From: Octopus vulgaris
Lineage: Eukaryota
Assembly (NCBI GenBank): GCA_951406725.2
Contig: OX597816.1
Coordinates: 127,534,001 to 127,598,000 of the forward strand
Direction of reading: 5' to 3'
Length of the DNA stretch: 64,000 bases
Shown in pieces: positions 1 through 11,890 of the stretch. The translations under genes and the position numbers were made by a program. The notes under the pieces are model-generated. The model searched no databases. It was given only the letters and a program-made list of their open reading frames with translations, and was not told the DNA's origin. The stretch's first letter is position 1; each line of letters starts with the position of its first letter.

Positions 1-303
1 ATGAGAAATGTTTAGTCTGGTGTTTGAGAGTAAAGTATGAGAAAATAGGACAATTTATGTAGAATCATTTCTGAAGTTGAAGAATGAGGTAAAGAGGTTT
101 GTGCAATATCTTAGGGTTGGAGATAAGGCGAAAGAACAAAGAAAGAAAAATTAAATGCAGTGGGTGTATTAGAACTGAAAAGTTTCTAAAACAGAGTCTG
201 CTGTAGTAATTATAGACAGACAAGAGAGGACCCTGTGCAACTTAATCAATTCATCAAATAAGTTTAGATGATAAGAATCCATTATATAACCTCTTCTTTG
301 ATA

Positions 304-460
304 TCATCATCATCATCGTCGTTTAATGTCTGCTTTCCATGCTGACATGGGTTGGACTGTTTGACAGGAACTGACCAGGCAAGAGCCTGCACCACACTTG
401 TGTGTCTGTTTTGGCATGGTTTTTACAGATGGATGCCTTTCCTAACACCAGCCACCCATA
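304..460 (-). mobile_element. GAT-tailed SINE, 3' part (family C)
   Basis: (CAT)n followed by GTTTAATGTCTGCTTTCCATGCTGACATGGGTTGGA...GGATGCCTTTCCTAACACCA; the same tail recurs about 10 times in the window. Confidence 0.75.
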
Positions 461-1711
461 ATCATATGTGTGACAGACGCACATCTCTCAGCTCATGTAT
501 ACACTTTGTAAGGCATATTTACACTTCATAAAATATTAGCAACTGTTTAAAGTAGGAAGTATTTAATCAGTTGTATTGTTTAAAGGTGGTTTTTATTGTT
601 GCTTAACATGGTCTGCTCCGACTAAGTAGCCCTAACATCAAAGTTATTACAGACATGACCATCCCAACTTTTTTCTGTGTACTGAGAACCCAGGACCACA
701 TTACCCAGCATGTTCCTCTTTGAAGATGAAAGGATGTACATAATATGTGAAAGATTTGGCTGTTGTTTCTAGCAAGTTGAGTGACCATGTAGGCGTCTTT
801 TTGTTGACTTGTTTCTAATGCTGATCATTATGGAAGGTCATCAGAAATTCTATTGTCTAACATTTATAAAGCAGGTTAAGGCTTTAGCTGTTTTGTACAT
901 TCATGGATAGAGAAAGCACAGCTCTGTATATATCCTAAATATCAGCAATGTTTGTACTTTACTGTTTAGTGTTTTTGAATGTCCTTTTGCCAAATGCTCG
1001 CAAGCTCTCTAATCATAGCAGTTGTGCATACCTAGTTGAAACTGTCAAGTTTGTGTATGAATGAAAGAGAAGAGCAGGTGGGTGTCAACCACATAACAGT
1101 ATTAGCTTGTTTGTGTACATATACATGTGTATGTGTGTTTGTGTGCATGTGTATGTGTGTGTGTTCAGAAGATATATTTAAATGTTAATTAGTGTAAGGA
1201 GTCCTTATGACATTACAAATCATAATCATAAATACTAGTTTGAATGCAAGAATACATAATGTTCATATTGACCTTTTATACATCCTTTACATCTTAATGA
1301 ACATTTAGTAATGAATTAGGAATATGAAGATTAAGAAATAGAATGCAAGTTATTGAAGCACTCTTTTATTAGAGATTCTACTTTGATTGATTTTGATGTT
1401 AACTCTTCATCTCTTGTGTGACTGCATGGTTTCTATGTTAATAATTCTTGCCTTAATTTCTTTGTTTTATATATATAGAAGTTGCTTTTGTTTATAAATC
1501 CAGTGTCTTAAAACCAGGTTCCTGCATATATCATGGAATGTCAGATTCTAGATTTATTGATTTTATGGCAAGAATACTAACATAGGATCTATTCATTTTT
1601 ACCAAAGAATGATTCTCAATCTCCTTTTCCTTGAATATGAAAGTACAAGGCTAAAGATTCTTTTTAGAATTGTAATTTAAGGAGTTAATAAGCTCGATAA
1701 CTTTTTCAGAA

Positions 1712-1926
1712 TATTGGTTTCCAATTATTGGCACGAAGTTAGCAATTTCAGAGGAGAGGGCAAGTCAACTACATTGACCCCAGTGCTCAGCTGGTATTTA
1801 ATCAACCCTGAAAGGATGAACGGTAAAGTTGACCTCAGTGGAATTTGAACTCAGAAAGTAAAGATGGACGAAATGCAGCTAATCATTTTTCCCAGTGTGC
1901 TCATTATTCTGCCAGATCTCCACCTA
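1712..1926 (-). mobile_element. SINE with Meta-like central domain (family B)
   Basis: Reverse complement of the TTCTGAGTTCAAATTCC..GAGGTCAACTTT..CCTTTCATCCTTTCAGGGT module also seen at 20320, 25138, 26063 and 32664. Confidence 0.75.
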
Positions 1927-2054
1927 ACTTTTGGGAAAATATTTTTAAAACAAAAAGACTCATTTTGTAAATGTTCCTGGTTTTGCAATGTTGGTGTTTT
2001 ATGTTTGTTTCTTTTTTTTCTTCCATCTTACCTGTCTATATTTCTCCATTAAAA

Positions 2055-2107
2055 CACGATGATGATGATGATGATGGTGATGGTGGTGATGATGGTGGTG
2101 ATGGTGG

Positions 2108-2140
<33 letters not shown>

Positions 2141-2160
2141 GGAGGAGGAGGACAATGACA
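2055..2160. repeat. (GAT/GGT)n trinucleotide microsatellite
   Basis: Direct reading; explains the poly-D ORF 1971..2186. Confidence 0.9.
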
Positions 2161-2557
2161 AATCAACTACGATGACAATGCTGTGAACATTGTCATGCAA
2201 TTGCAACAGAATCTTTTAGAAGTTAGCAAGCTTTTTCATTGCTTTGCAATGATGAGTTCAACTTTTCCTCATAGATGTATGTTGTCACAATGGCAAATAC
2301 TATAGCTGAGCTGCTCTAGTAGTGTCAATGCAAGCATTGTCAGAATGAGAAATGTACAGGTTAGCGCCTCCAATTATGCTGATGCTCCTATCCTCACCTA
2401 TGGATGGATGTTGACAGAATTTGGATGTTGTCCCATTATGTATCTGAAAATGAGTAAATACTTTGTATACAATCAATCAGTAAGTAAACCACAGAGATGC
2501 AATGAAAGATGCATAAACAACAAGCAAGATATGAGCCATGCTTGAAATGTTTCATAG

Positions 2558-2778
2558 TATTCTTTCTAATATAAGAGCAAGGCCTGAAATTTTGAAGGAC
2601 AGGTCTAGTCAATTACATTAACCCCATTGCTTGCTCAATTGGTATCTAATTTATCAACCCTCAAATGATGAAAGGCAAACTCAACCTCAGCAGAATTTGA
2701 ACTCAGAACATAAAAACAAACGAAATACAGCTAAGCATTTTGCCCAATGTGCTAAGATTTCTTCCAGTTTACCACCTT
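2558..2778 (-). mobile_element. SINE family B (Meta-like)
   Basis: GATGAAAGGCAAACTCAACCTCAGCAGAATTTGAACTCAGAAC...CTAAGCATTTTGCCC. Confidence 0.75.
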
Positions 2779-2839
2779 GAAATGTATTGTAATGTCATGC
2801 TTCTTAAGTGACTAACATGTAAAATAAAGTGTTAAATAT

Positions 2840-3740
2840 AATGTACTGTGAGTTGGGCCCAGTTCTTGTATGGTGCAATAATTATTGATATTGGAGAGAC
2901 TATTATAGAGACTATTACTTATGTTACATAAAGACATTTATTTAACAAAATCTAAGCTTAGCTTAGATTTTTTGTTATGGGAGAAGAAACATTTGCTCTT
3001 AGAGAAGGAGATTAGAACTAGATCTAAAGAAACTGTGTATCTCAGGAATGGTTTGTGAAAATTGAAAGGCCTTAGCAGTTCTTATTTGAGAGCTACAAAT
3101 ATATTGCTATGATTCCATGAGATGTACAAAATATTTGTATATAATCTCAGAATGTTAGAACAGGATTGTCAGTAGAAGATTTTCAAGATGATTGATACAT
3201 CATCAAGGATATTTGCTTATGTAATGTCTAGTATGACTGAAATATTTGTAACATTTAGTTGCAACATCTACTATTAAAGAAGCATTTATTAGGATGTAGC
3301 ATCCCATTTATGCTAAGAATATTATGGAAGCATCTCATCAGAGTTTATCTTCAGTCATTATTTGCCCTCTACAAACTGCAAGATTGAATGGGAAGCTTAG
3401 GCTTAGTTTGACATGAATGGGATTCAATACATCATATACAGAGATATAGAACATTACCAATTGTTCCACTCATGACAAACTAGGCATATACTGCCCATAA
3501 AAGCTAGAAATTTGAAGTTTCTGAACATAAATGAAAATAAAATTTGCCAAAATATATTGAAAATATTCTTAGTGTAGTTAAGATCCCCCACATCCAGAAA
3601 AGAGTTTTATCAAATAAAAACCTTTGTTTAGAATCCAGCTTAAAAATCTATTACAATAACAGCATCTACCATACTGTAATAATATGTAGTTCATTGAGAA
3701 TTCGGTTGGAAAAGCTCTTGAGCTCGTGGTTAGCTTGATA
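2840..3740 (+). pseudogene. Possible ancient CR1-like LINE RT remnant
   Basis: Scattered peptides such as LGPVL (near 2853) in a stop- and frameshift-ridden context. Confidence 0.3.
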
Positions 3741-5583
3741 TTATAAGTAAATTATTGTGCTTTAGCATGAATGAACAAGTGTTGAGAGAAGTGTAGAAAT
3801 ATACACAGGTGTATATAGTAAGCAACAAAAGGCTACATAGCTGTTCAAATGAAACAAAACAAAGCAATTTTAAATATGTTAATGTGTTAATGATTATTGG
3901 ATAGTGGTTTTGTGTGTGTACATATAAGCATGTATATATATATATCATATGTGTATGCGTGTACACGTGTATTTGCATACATATCCTTTTATATATTATA
4001 TACACATACATTTGTATGTGTGAGAGTGTGTGTAATTGTATGTGTTTGTAGACATGGTTGAGAATGTGGATATATTAGCATGTTGCATATTTTTACAAAA
4101 ATACCAAGGCAAAAGATTGTAAAGTCAAAATGAATGGTAATACTTGATCACTATTCTGTAATTATTGTAACCACCACCTAATAATTATAGTCATTATTCT
4201 TGTACTGGTTTTAGCAATTCTGATGTGACATTACTGAGGTACCATTATAAATTAGTGTACAAAATATTCTGCAAGAAATTTTCCCTTAAATAAAAACATA
4301 TTTATTATCACAAATTCAATTTTCAACCATATAAATCAATTTTCTAAAGAATAGTGTTGCCTCCAGACAAGACACATAACTCTGCTTGACTCAAATACTA
4401 TTCCTGTTTCTTGATTGAAAGGTCAGTCTGTAAAAGTAATTGCCTCAGCAATATAAAGAAAATGCCCAAATTTCAAAAAAAATATCCCAGACCAAATTAA
4501 TATGGATAAATAAATGTAAATCATTAAAAAAAAAGAAGGAATCAGAAAAAAAACCCAATTATTTAAAGTTTTTTATGTAATCACTTTGGAAGAAAATACA
4601 TACTAAAAGTAATAACCTACTATGAAATCTTAGCTATAAATTTACCCAAAAAGTACAGCTTATTCTGTTTAGAACTAAATAATCTGGCAATCAATGGAAA
4701 TAGACAGACACTCTGTAGCCACACAAATAAGAAGTGCTTCTATTTTAAAGAAGTTTGTTTTGAAATTGATGACAAGAAATAAACGTTTTCTTCATTTCTC
4801 TCCTGTTATGGAATAATATATAAAAAAATTAATAATTAATAGGTTTTAGAGGCAAGAACTTTAACTACAATGATCTATCATTGGAGACTTATAAACACAT
4901 TTAATATTATAGTTTGTTCTTATGATACAATGATACTGCAATTCAAGTTATGGGGGTGGGAGTGGAGCAATTAGTCCATCATTTAAAAACATTGTTGCTT
5001 TATATGAGAGCAATGATGCTTTATTATTAAGAATAGCTACACTTAATATAATCATAACACAGATGCACATACGTGCATGCACACATACACACACATATGT
5101 AATGTATATATGTTTTTATAATAAAATATATTTGGTGTACTTAATGAGAATACACCACAAGAAGAGGTAGTCAAAATGCTAGAAATAGCAACCAAATATC
5201 CTTCAGATCACACACTCTTTTATTATCTTAATGCAGGAAGAACATATTAGATAATGCTGTCCAAGAAACCCTCTGAAACAACAATATGGTCTTTGATGCA
5301 GTATCTTAGGTAGGTGTGCTTGATCACAGCTAATACCTATAATGTATACAAAATGAGCAGAAGAATATCATTAATATTCTAATGAAGTTGATGTAATTCA
5401 AGAATGATGAAATCATGTCTCACTTAAGAGCTCTCAATTCTCAAGCAAACACACACTCACACACACACATATCTGAGCTTGTATGATTGTGTATAGAAGA
5501 ACATACTAATCAATGAAATTCCAACTAAGTCTGATTTTCATGTTTTATCATTTGCAATTTTTACAATTTTACAATATTGAAAT

Positions 5584-5621
5584 AAACTAGTACTTTCACG
5601 CATTACTCAATCATCAGGTTT
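5584..5621 (-). ncRNA. Minimal type-I hammerhead ribozyme motif
   Basis: Minus strand AAAC-CUGAUGA-uugaguaaugcgu-GAA-AGUACU-A-GUUU: canonical core, palindromic stem III, 4-bp stem I, weak stem II. Confidence 0.6.
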
Positions 5622-5699
5622 GTGTAGTGACAGTCATGTTCCACAATTGACAACTGTGTATTTAGCTGTGACTATTGTGGAACACAACTGTCACTACAT

Positions 5700-5737
5700 A
5701 AACCTGGTGATTGTGTAATGCATGAAAGTACTAGGTT
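5700..5737 (+). ncRNA. Degenerate hammerhead motif (mirror copy)
   Basis: AAAC-CUGGUGA-uuguguaaugcau-GAAAGUACUA-GGUU; A6>G. Confidence 0.5.
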
Positions 5738-5814
5738 ATTTCAATATTGTAAAATTGTAAAAACTGCAAATAATAAAACATGAAAATCAGACTAAGTTAG
5801 AATTTCATTGATTA

Positions 5815-5847
<33 letters not shown>

Positions 5848-5860
5848 CATACATACATAC

Positions 5861-5897
<37 letters not shown>

Positions 5898-5899
5898 TA

Positions 5900-6416
5900 T
5901 CAGCAAGTTTGTTCGTTTCCAGTGTTTCTTAGAAAACATGTCTAGCTATAGGAAAATATTACCTTGATAGGAAAAAGGTGAGGTTTGACAACAGGAAGAG
6001 CATACAGACAGAAAATTAGCCTCAACAAATTCTGTCTGGCCCTGCAAGCCTGGAAGAGTGAATGTTAAATGACAAAGATAATGATGCCTGTGTACAGTCT
6101 GGTGCTACATAAAAGCATCAGTGCTGGAGCCACGAAAAAGGCACTGGTGATGGCACCATATAAAAAGCACTGGTGTTGATGCCATGTAAAAAGCACTGGT
6201 GCATGTAAAGAGCACTGGTGTTGGTGCCTCATAAAAAGCATTCAGTATGCTCTGTATGGTGCTTGGCATTAGGAAGGGCATCTGGGCATAGAAAGCACGC
6301 CAAAACTGACAATGGAGTCTGATGTGACCCTGACCTTACCAGCTCCCATCAAACCATCCAATCCATGCCAGCAGTGAAAACTGGTCATATATAATAATGA
6401 TGATGATGATGATGAT
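5900..6416 (+). mobile_element. Two adjacent GAT-tailed SINEs (family C); the second has internal ~25-bp GGTGCCACGTAAAAAGCAC-type repeats
   Basis: About 6 degenerate copies of the unit at 6098-6241, then TTAGGAAGGGCATC...CCATCCAATCCATGCCAGC..(GAT)n. Confidence 0.7.
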
Positions 6417-6417
6417 A

Positions 6418-7553
6418 TCTACTACATATGTGGAAAATCGGTGTGTGTTTGTTTATGGCGTTGTTAGCTAACCCCTCCTACATCGTTTTATTAATTTTGA
6501 TGAAACTTGACATGTGAACAGAACTCATATCTAGAAATCTCATGATATACTTAGATTGTTGAAAAATCGATAATACGGCCCTTGGTAGGTTATCTTTATA
6601 TCTACCTCATCTAACTAATTTTTTAAATACCCAAGGGAAATAACCCATAAACACTCAAGGGAAATAACCCATTTCATTGCTTATGCTTGATTACTTTGAA
6701 TATTGATTTTTGTGTGTCCTATTTCTAATTTTTTGCATTCAATATCACTTTTATACTTTATTTGACAAGTGAGTAGAACTCATGTCTGGAAACCTTGAGA
6801 CATACTTATATTGTTGAAAAAAATCGATAATAGGGCCCTTCCAATGGATCCTTCTATCTACTACATGTTACAAATATTTTATTTAAACAACCCAAGGGAA
6901 ATAACCCATACCATCTGCAGATTTTAGCGAAGCAATCAATATTTGATTCTCACAATCAGCTGACCTAATTCTGCATTTCACTACTCACAGTTTTGAACTG
7001 CTAAACATTATTACTGCACTTCCTTAATTTGAATCTTAAGTATTAAAGTCTTCATTCATGCATTTCTATACATACATACCTTTTTGAATGCCCATTACTC
7101 TGATAATTGTGCATTTTTACAGTTACATATTTTCCATGACAATAGATGAATTTTTCATTCCACAACATATTTGTAGTGGCTTCATGCAGGCATACCCTTG
7201 ATTCGATCTTCGATTGTCAAATTTCACTTAACACTTCAACAACGCTTTTCTCATGGCAAAACAATAGTTTTTCTGTGAATGACAGCAGTTATACATTTCC
7301 CAGATGCTTTCGCTAAGCAGAATGTCTTTGCCTCTCACCAACCTCTGACAACATCTCTCACCAACCTCAGAAAACCTCTCTTGCCAACCTCCAGCAATCT
7401 CTCTCTCCTCCAGCTGACAGTTTTTTGTACTTTTTGGTGATGGAAAATACACCTTTTGTGGAAGTTATAATGAAATTGTTTTCTTATATCAGAGTAATAA
7501 GGCGTTTCAATAGAACATCTTTACCCCCAGGAATTACCAGGTACACCAGCTAG
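6418..7553 (+). mobile_element. Non-autonomous Helitron-like element
   Basis: 5' A|TC at 6417-6419 and 3' CTAG|T at 7550-7554, preceded by a degenerate GC hairpin; two internal ~150-bp direct repeats (6510-6670, 6765-6910) ending in CAAGGGAAATAACCC; 3x ~22-bp repeat at 7333-7400. Confidence 0.65.
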
Positions 7554-7627
7554 TATATATATATATATGAGTGTGTGCATGTATGTATATAGATATGTAT
7601 GCATGTATGTATATATGTATGCATATA

Positions 7628-7669
<42 letters not shown>

Positions 7670-7932
7670 CATACATTTATAAATAGAAATATAGCTAGGT
7701 AGATAGATAGATAAGCATTACATATACACATGTACAAACACTAGCTTGTCAAACAAACTCATGCTGGTATGGAAGATGAGCACCATGGGATGATGATAAT
7801 GATATATTATCGTACTCTGCTTGATAAATAATATGCAATCAAAAACTATATAGTACTTGGTATAAAGATGCACAATGATCTACTTTATCTTTAAAGTAAT
7901 ATGAGGTAATTTATTGTGTGAGTTACCATTAG

Positions 7933-8442
7933 TTTCAGTCTTGCTCTTCAGACTGTATGCATTAACATAGTGTCAAACATAAAGCATCTGTCAAGGGGAA
8001 TAACTTGTCTTCAGAACTATGAGTTATTTCCCTTGACTAGGGATATAATTGTTAAGAAAGCACTGGTAAAGTTTGAAGAAAAAGTAAACTAAAAAATAAA
8101 ATGGATGACAAAAGACATGAAGTTGAATGATGAAAGAATGAGAAAAGTCTGAGCTGAAGCAATATCATGTGTCTGTGCATACATGTGTCTCTAGCTATGC
8201 TAAGATGGTGTTTCTTTGTAGCATTATAGATGTTTTTGAAGGTGACTGTATTTTTCAAATATCTCTGATCTGGTCCTTAAATAGATCTTACCTTTGAATG
8301 TTTTTGAGGATTCTTCTTTTCACTTTTGTGCGTGGATCATACTGTTTTCTGTCTACTTCGTTGGGCCTGAATATTATCCAAAGCCTTATACTTTTATTTC
8401 CAGAAGTCATTCTTTCAGTCTTGCTCTTCAGACTGTATGCAT
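7933..8442. repeat. 30-bp exact direct repeat, copies 480 bp apart
   Basis: TTTCAGTCTTGCTCTTCAGACTGTATGCAT at 7933-7962 and 8413-8442. Confidence 0.9.
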
Positions 8443-9919
8443 GAACATGGTCATCTTTTGGTTTTGCTTTGATATGCTTATGAAATGTTTTTATTAATTC
8501 AAGTTCTACAGAGATAATTTTTGGCTCATACTCTGTATGAGCTGCAAAAATGTACGATTCTCAAATACATACATGCACACACACACTTACACACACATGC
8601 AAACACATACACACACGTGCATGTACATGCACATACAAACATGCACACATCCACACACACATGCCTGCATACTCACACATATGCATGCACACATACTCAC
8701 ACACACATACAAACACGCACACTCTGTCTCTCTGTCTCTCTTTCTCTCTCTTTCTTTGCATTCCCACCATCAACAAACACAAACATGCGGATACATGAGT
8801 AATTATCTTCCATTAGTCATACTTGAGACACAGAAATTCAACCCCTGTCCAGACATGTTACACTACTTTGCTCTCAAAGAAATGTTAAAACTTCTTGATA
8901 AGATCTTGACAATATTAAAAGAATCATTAGAATGATAATTGTTGTGAACGTTGAAGCAGAGGTGGGGGTCATTAAACTGGAGTTTTGTTTAGAAAAAGGT
9001 TCCTAAGAGATATCAGTAGTAGACCGAAGTTAAGTGGATCAATCATGAATGGAAGCAAAAGTTTTGTTGTTGAATTTAGAGAGATTTATTTCATCCACTG
9101 CTTTATTTCATAATAATATGCAGTGCTTTTAGGAATACTACAAATATCAAATCTCCTAATTAGTATATTAGGAAATTAACTAAGCTCATTTTGTTTTTGT
9201 ATATCTGATCACATGGTAAAGAGATTTAAAGCAGAAAGAAGCCAATTGTTAACGGTTGGCATAAAGTTAGTATAATTAGTAAAACTGTCAAGTTTGTTAC
9301 CATAAGAAAATATAATGAATAATTAATTAACTTATTATAAAATAAGACTGTTCTTGCCTTTATTTGTTTTTTGGCTTACATTATCCAAAAGCCCCTCAAC
9401 TAAAATAGGTTTTTTTTCTTTTTGTTGTTCGATATGCAGTCCTTTTTAATTTAAACTTATATCTACATGTTACATAAGTAATTGAAGATAGGATATCTCA
9501 CTTTGTGAATAATTTGATATTTGTGATGCCAAATAAACTTGTGATTAACTTGACACTAAAATTCATTATTGACTATAATATTTTAGTTTCTTTACTCCAC
9601 CATGTTCTTAAATTTCTTCCTCTTCCATCATAAACATCATAGATATATTTATTTCAAAGATGAATATAAACCAATGTCTAGGTAATTTTGGTTTATGTCT
9701 AATATTTCGAACCAGAACCAACAAAAAGTACTTAATTTTACTTTTTATTTCAGACCTTTAACCACAGATCACTTACAAGTAGTCTATTCTTGCACATCAG
9801 TAAAATTTCCCCACACTCCAGTGATTTACTGACAAGTCAATAAAACGTTCATTAGTATCACTTGCAAAAACTGTTTTCCCCAGAATTTGATAATTTCTTT
9901 ATGTGTACATCCATCCATT

Positions 9920-9987
<68 letters not shown>

Positions 9988-10002
9988 ATATATATGCACA
10001 TC

Positions 10003-10430
10003 GTTGTGTGGTAAGAAATTTGCTTCCTCCCAAACACATGATTCTCGGTTCAGTCCCACTGCATGGCACCCTGGGCAAGTGTCTTCTATTATAGCATTGG
10101 ACCAACCAAAGCCTTGTGAGGGGATTTAGTTGAAAGAAACTGAAAGAAGCCCATCATGTGTGTGTGTCTTTGTGACTGTGTTTGCCCCTCACCACTGCTT
10201 GACAACCAGTACTGATGTGTTTAAATTTCCATAGCCTAGTTGTTCACCAACATATATGTATAGTATAGGTGCAGGAGTGACTGTATGGTAAGAAGCTTGC
10301 TTCCCAAACACATAGTTCTGGGTTCAATCCCACATGGCACCTTGGGCAAGTGTCTTCTACTATTGCCTCAGGCCGACCAAAGCCTTGTGTGTGGACTTGG
10401 TAGATGAAAACTGAAAGAAGCCCATCGTAT
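10003..10430 (+). mobile_element. Two tandem tRNA/CORE-like SINE copies (family A)
   Basis: GGTTCAGTCCCACTGCATGGCACC(C/T)TGGGCAAGTGTCTTCTA...AAAGCCTTGTG...GAAACTGAAAGAAGCCC twice. Confidence 0.8.
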
Positions 10431-10687
10431 ATATATATATGTAAGTATAAATGCGTGTGATGTGTGTATGTATGTATGTATCACAACATATTTTATATGG
10501 GCTTTTTATGTGTGTTTAACACTAGTAAAGGAAAATGTTTTTACCGTTTTTTGTAGTCTATCCCAACAAAAAGGACTCTAAACTATGCAATTAACACTTA
10601 GTTTGTCATCAATTTATATCAACCAGTTATTATTCATGTCATCATCTTAGATGTTCTAACTATTTTAACATGAAGGCGTAGGCTGAA

Positions 10688-10899
10688 CAGCATTTAAGCC
10701 AGTCATATCTGGCCCAAGTAGTCTACCTATTTTCTGTTCACATTAGCCAGATCAGGTCACTTACACCTATTCTACGATGTCATTCCAAAAAATATTCTCA
10801 GATTGAAATTTTAAAGCTACAAGAATAATACATGATTAATTCAAAATAATGCAAATAAATAAGCATTACATTTGACTGAGAAATCTGAATGCTAAAGAG
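10688..10899. mobile_element. piggyBac-like MITE, degraded copy of the 19765-19984 element
   Basis: Ends ...GAATGCTAAAGAG|TTAA; internal sequence is the reverse complement of 19765-19984. Confidence 0.6.
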
Positions 10900-11329
10900 T
10901 TAAAGAAGGAAACAGAACATTTCAAGACTAGTTCTAACTGCACAACATTTTTTTTATTATTGTCTGAGTTTTGTGGTGATAAAATTATAAGAGTATAGCT
11001 AAGGAGATTCAGGACAAAGTAATCACCAAAAATATAATAAAATATTTCAGCAGCCACAAAGATGGTACAATTGCAGCTTCCTAAATATCTTCAGTTTGTA
11101 ACTCATTCCAACTTCCATATCATTACCACTCATTAGCTTTTTCAAAATTAGTTTCCCTATCTTTTTCAAATATATTTTAAAATGCTGATGAAATCAAATA
11201 AATGGTGAAGATTTGCTTTGGCAAATACAAATTACCTGATAAATTGCTCTTAATGCAACAATATGACAATATTTGTAATTACATATATATCTTATTTCTA
11301 ATTCTCATTGAAATTTCTAAAGTTCATTT

Positions 11330-11680
11330 CGTTCTGTCATTGTTCATCCTCCATTGTCAAAGATAACAAGGACTCAGCATTGGCTGATCTAGTCTGGTGA
11401 GTCTGAAAGAGGTTAGCGAGGCATATCTGGGCTTTGAATCTTCTCTCACATTTAGGAAGGTGCATTACTCAGGGTAGTTGCAGAATGAATAGTTCTTCTT
11501 TTGCTTTCAGTGTCAATCAGACTGTATACCAATTGTCTCGGTTTTTGTCAAACAGCTCTCAGAAGTCAACTACAATGTGAAGGTCTTTAAGAACAACTTT
11601 AAGGCAGTCTGTGAACTGCTTCTTCTGTCTGCTTTCTTGATAGAGTTCACTACTAAGGAGATGCTCTAAGATGTGGTGAT
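11330..11680 (-). pseudogene. RTE LINE 3' fragment
   Basis: Minus strand encodes QKKQFTDCLKVVLKDLHI, matching the RTE motif GGQKKRFKDxLK. Confidence 0.6.
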
Positions 11681-11689
11681 TTGGTTTAA

Positions 11690-11890
11690 TCATTGGAGCA
11701 TTAGACAAAATGCCTTGTGGTATTTAGTTTTGCACGTTTCATTATAAGTCAAAATCCTTTAAGGTAGGCTTTGCCTTTCATCCTTCTAAGATTGACAAAA
11801 CAAAGTACAAGTGGAGAATTATGGTTTGATTGAATTGATTATATCCTCTCCATAAAACTTCTGACCTTGTACCAGTGTTGGAAATCAATA
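11690..11890 (+). mobile_element. SINE family B (degraded)
   Basis: CTTTGCCTTTCATCCTTCTAAGATTGACAAAA module. Confidence 0.6.

Larger units (their letters stand above)
5507..5814. repeat. 308-bp imperfect palindrome: divergent pair of PLE-like LTR fragments, each arm with a hammerhead motif
   Basis: Left arm TAATCAATGAAATTCCAACT... mirrors right arm ...AGTTAGAATTTCATTGATTA; arms about 145 bp; abuts (TA)n. Confidence 0.85.

Noticed and set aside
2943-2977. Short palindromes (also 23133-23160)
   Set aside because: 10-12-bp AT-rich arms with no supporting context
6098-6241. Repeat-spacer-like pattern
   Set aside because: Degenerate internal tandem repeat of SINE family C, also seen at 21935-22075
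9752-9850. Plus-strand terminal exon (strong acceptor TTTTTATTTCAG with downstream AATAAA)
   Set aside because: Such signals are frequent in AT-rich DNA; no recognisable peptide or partner exon
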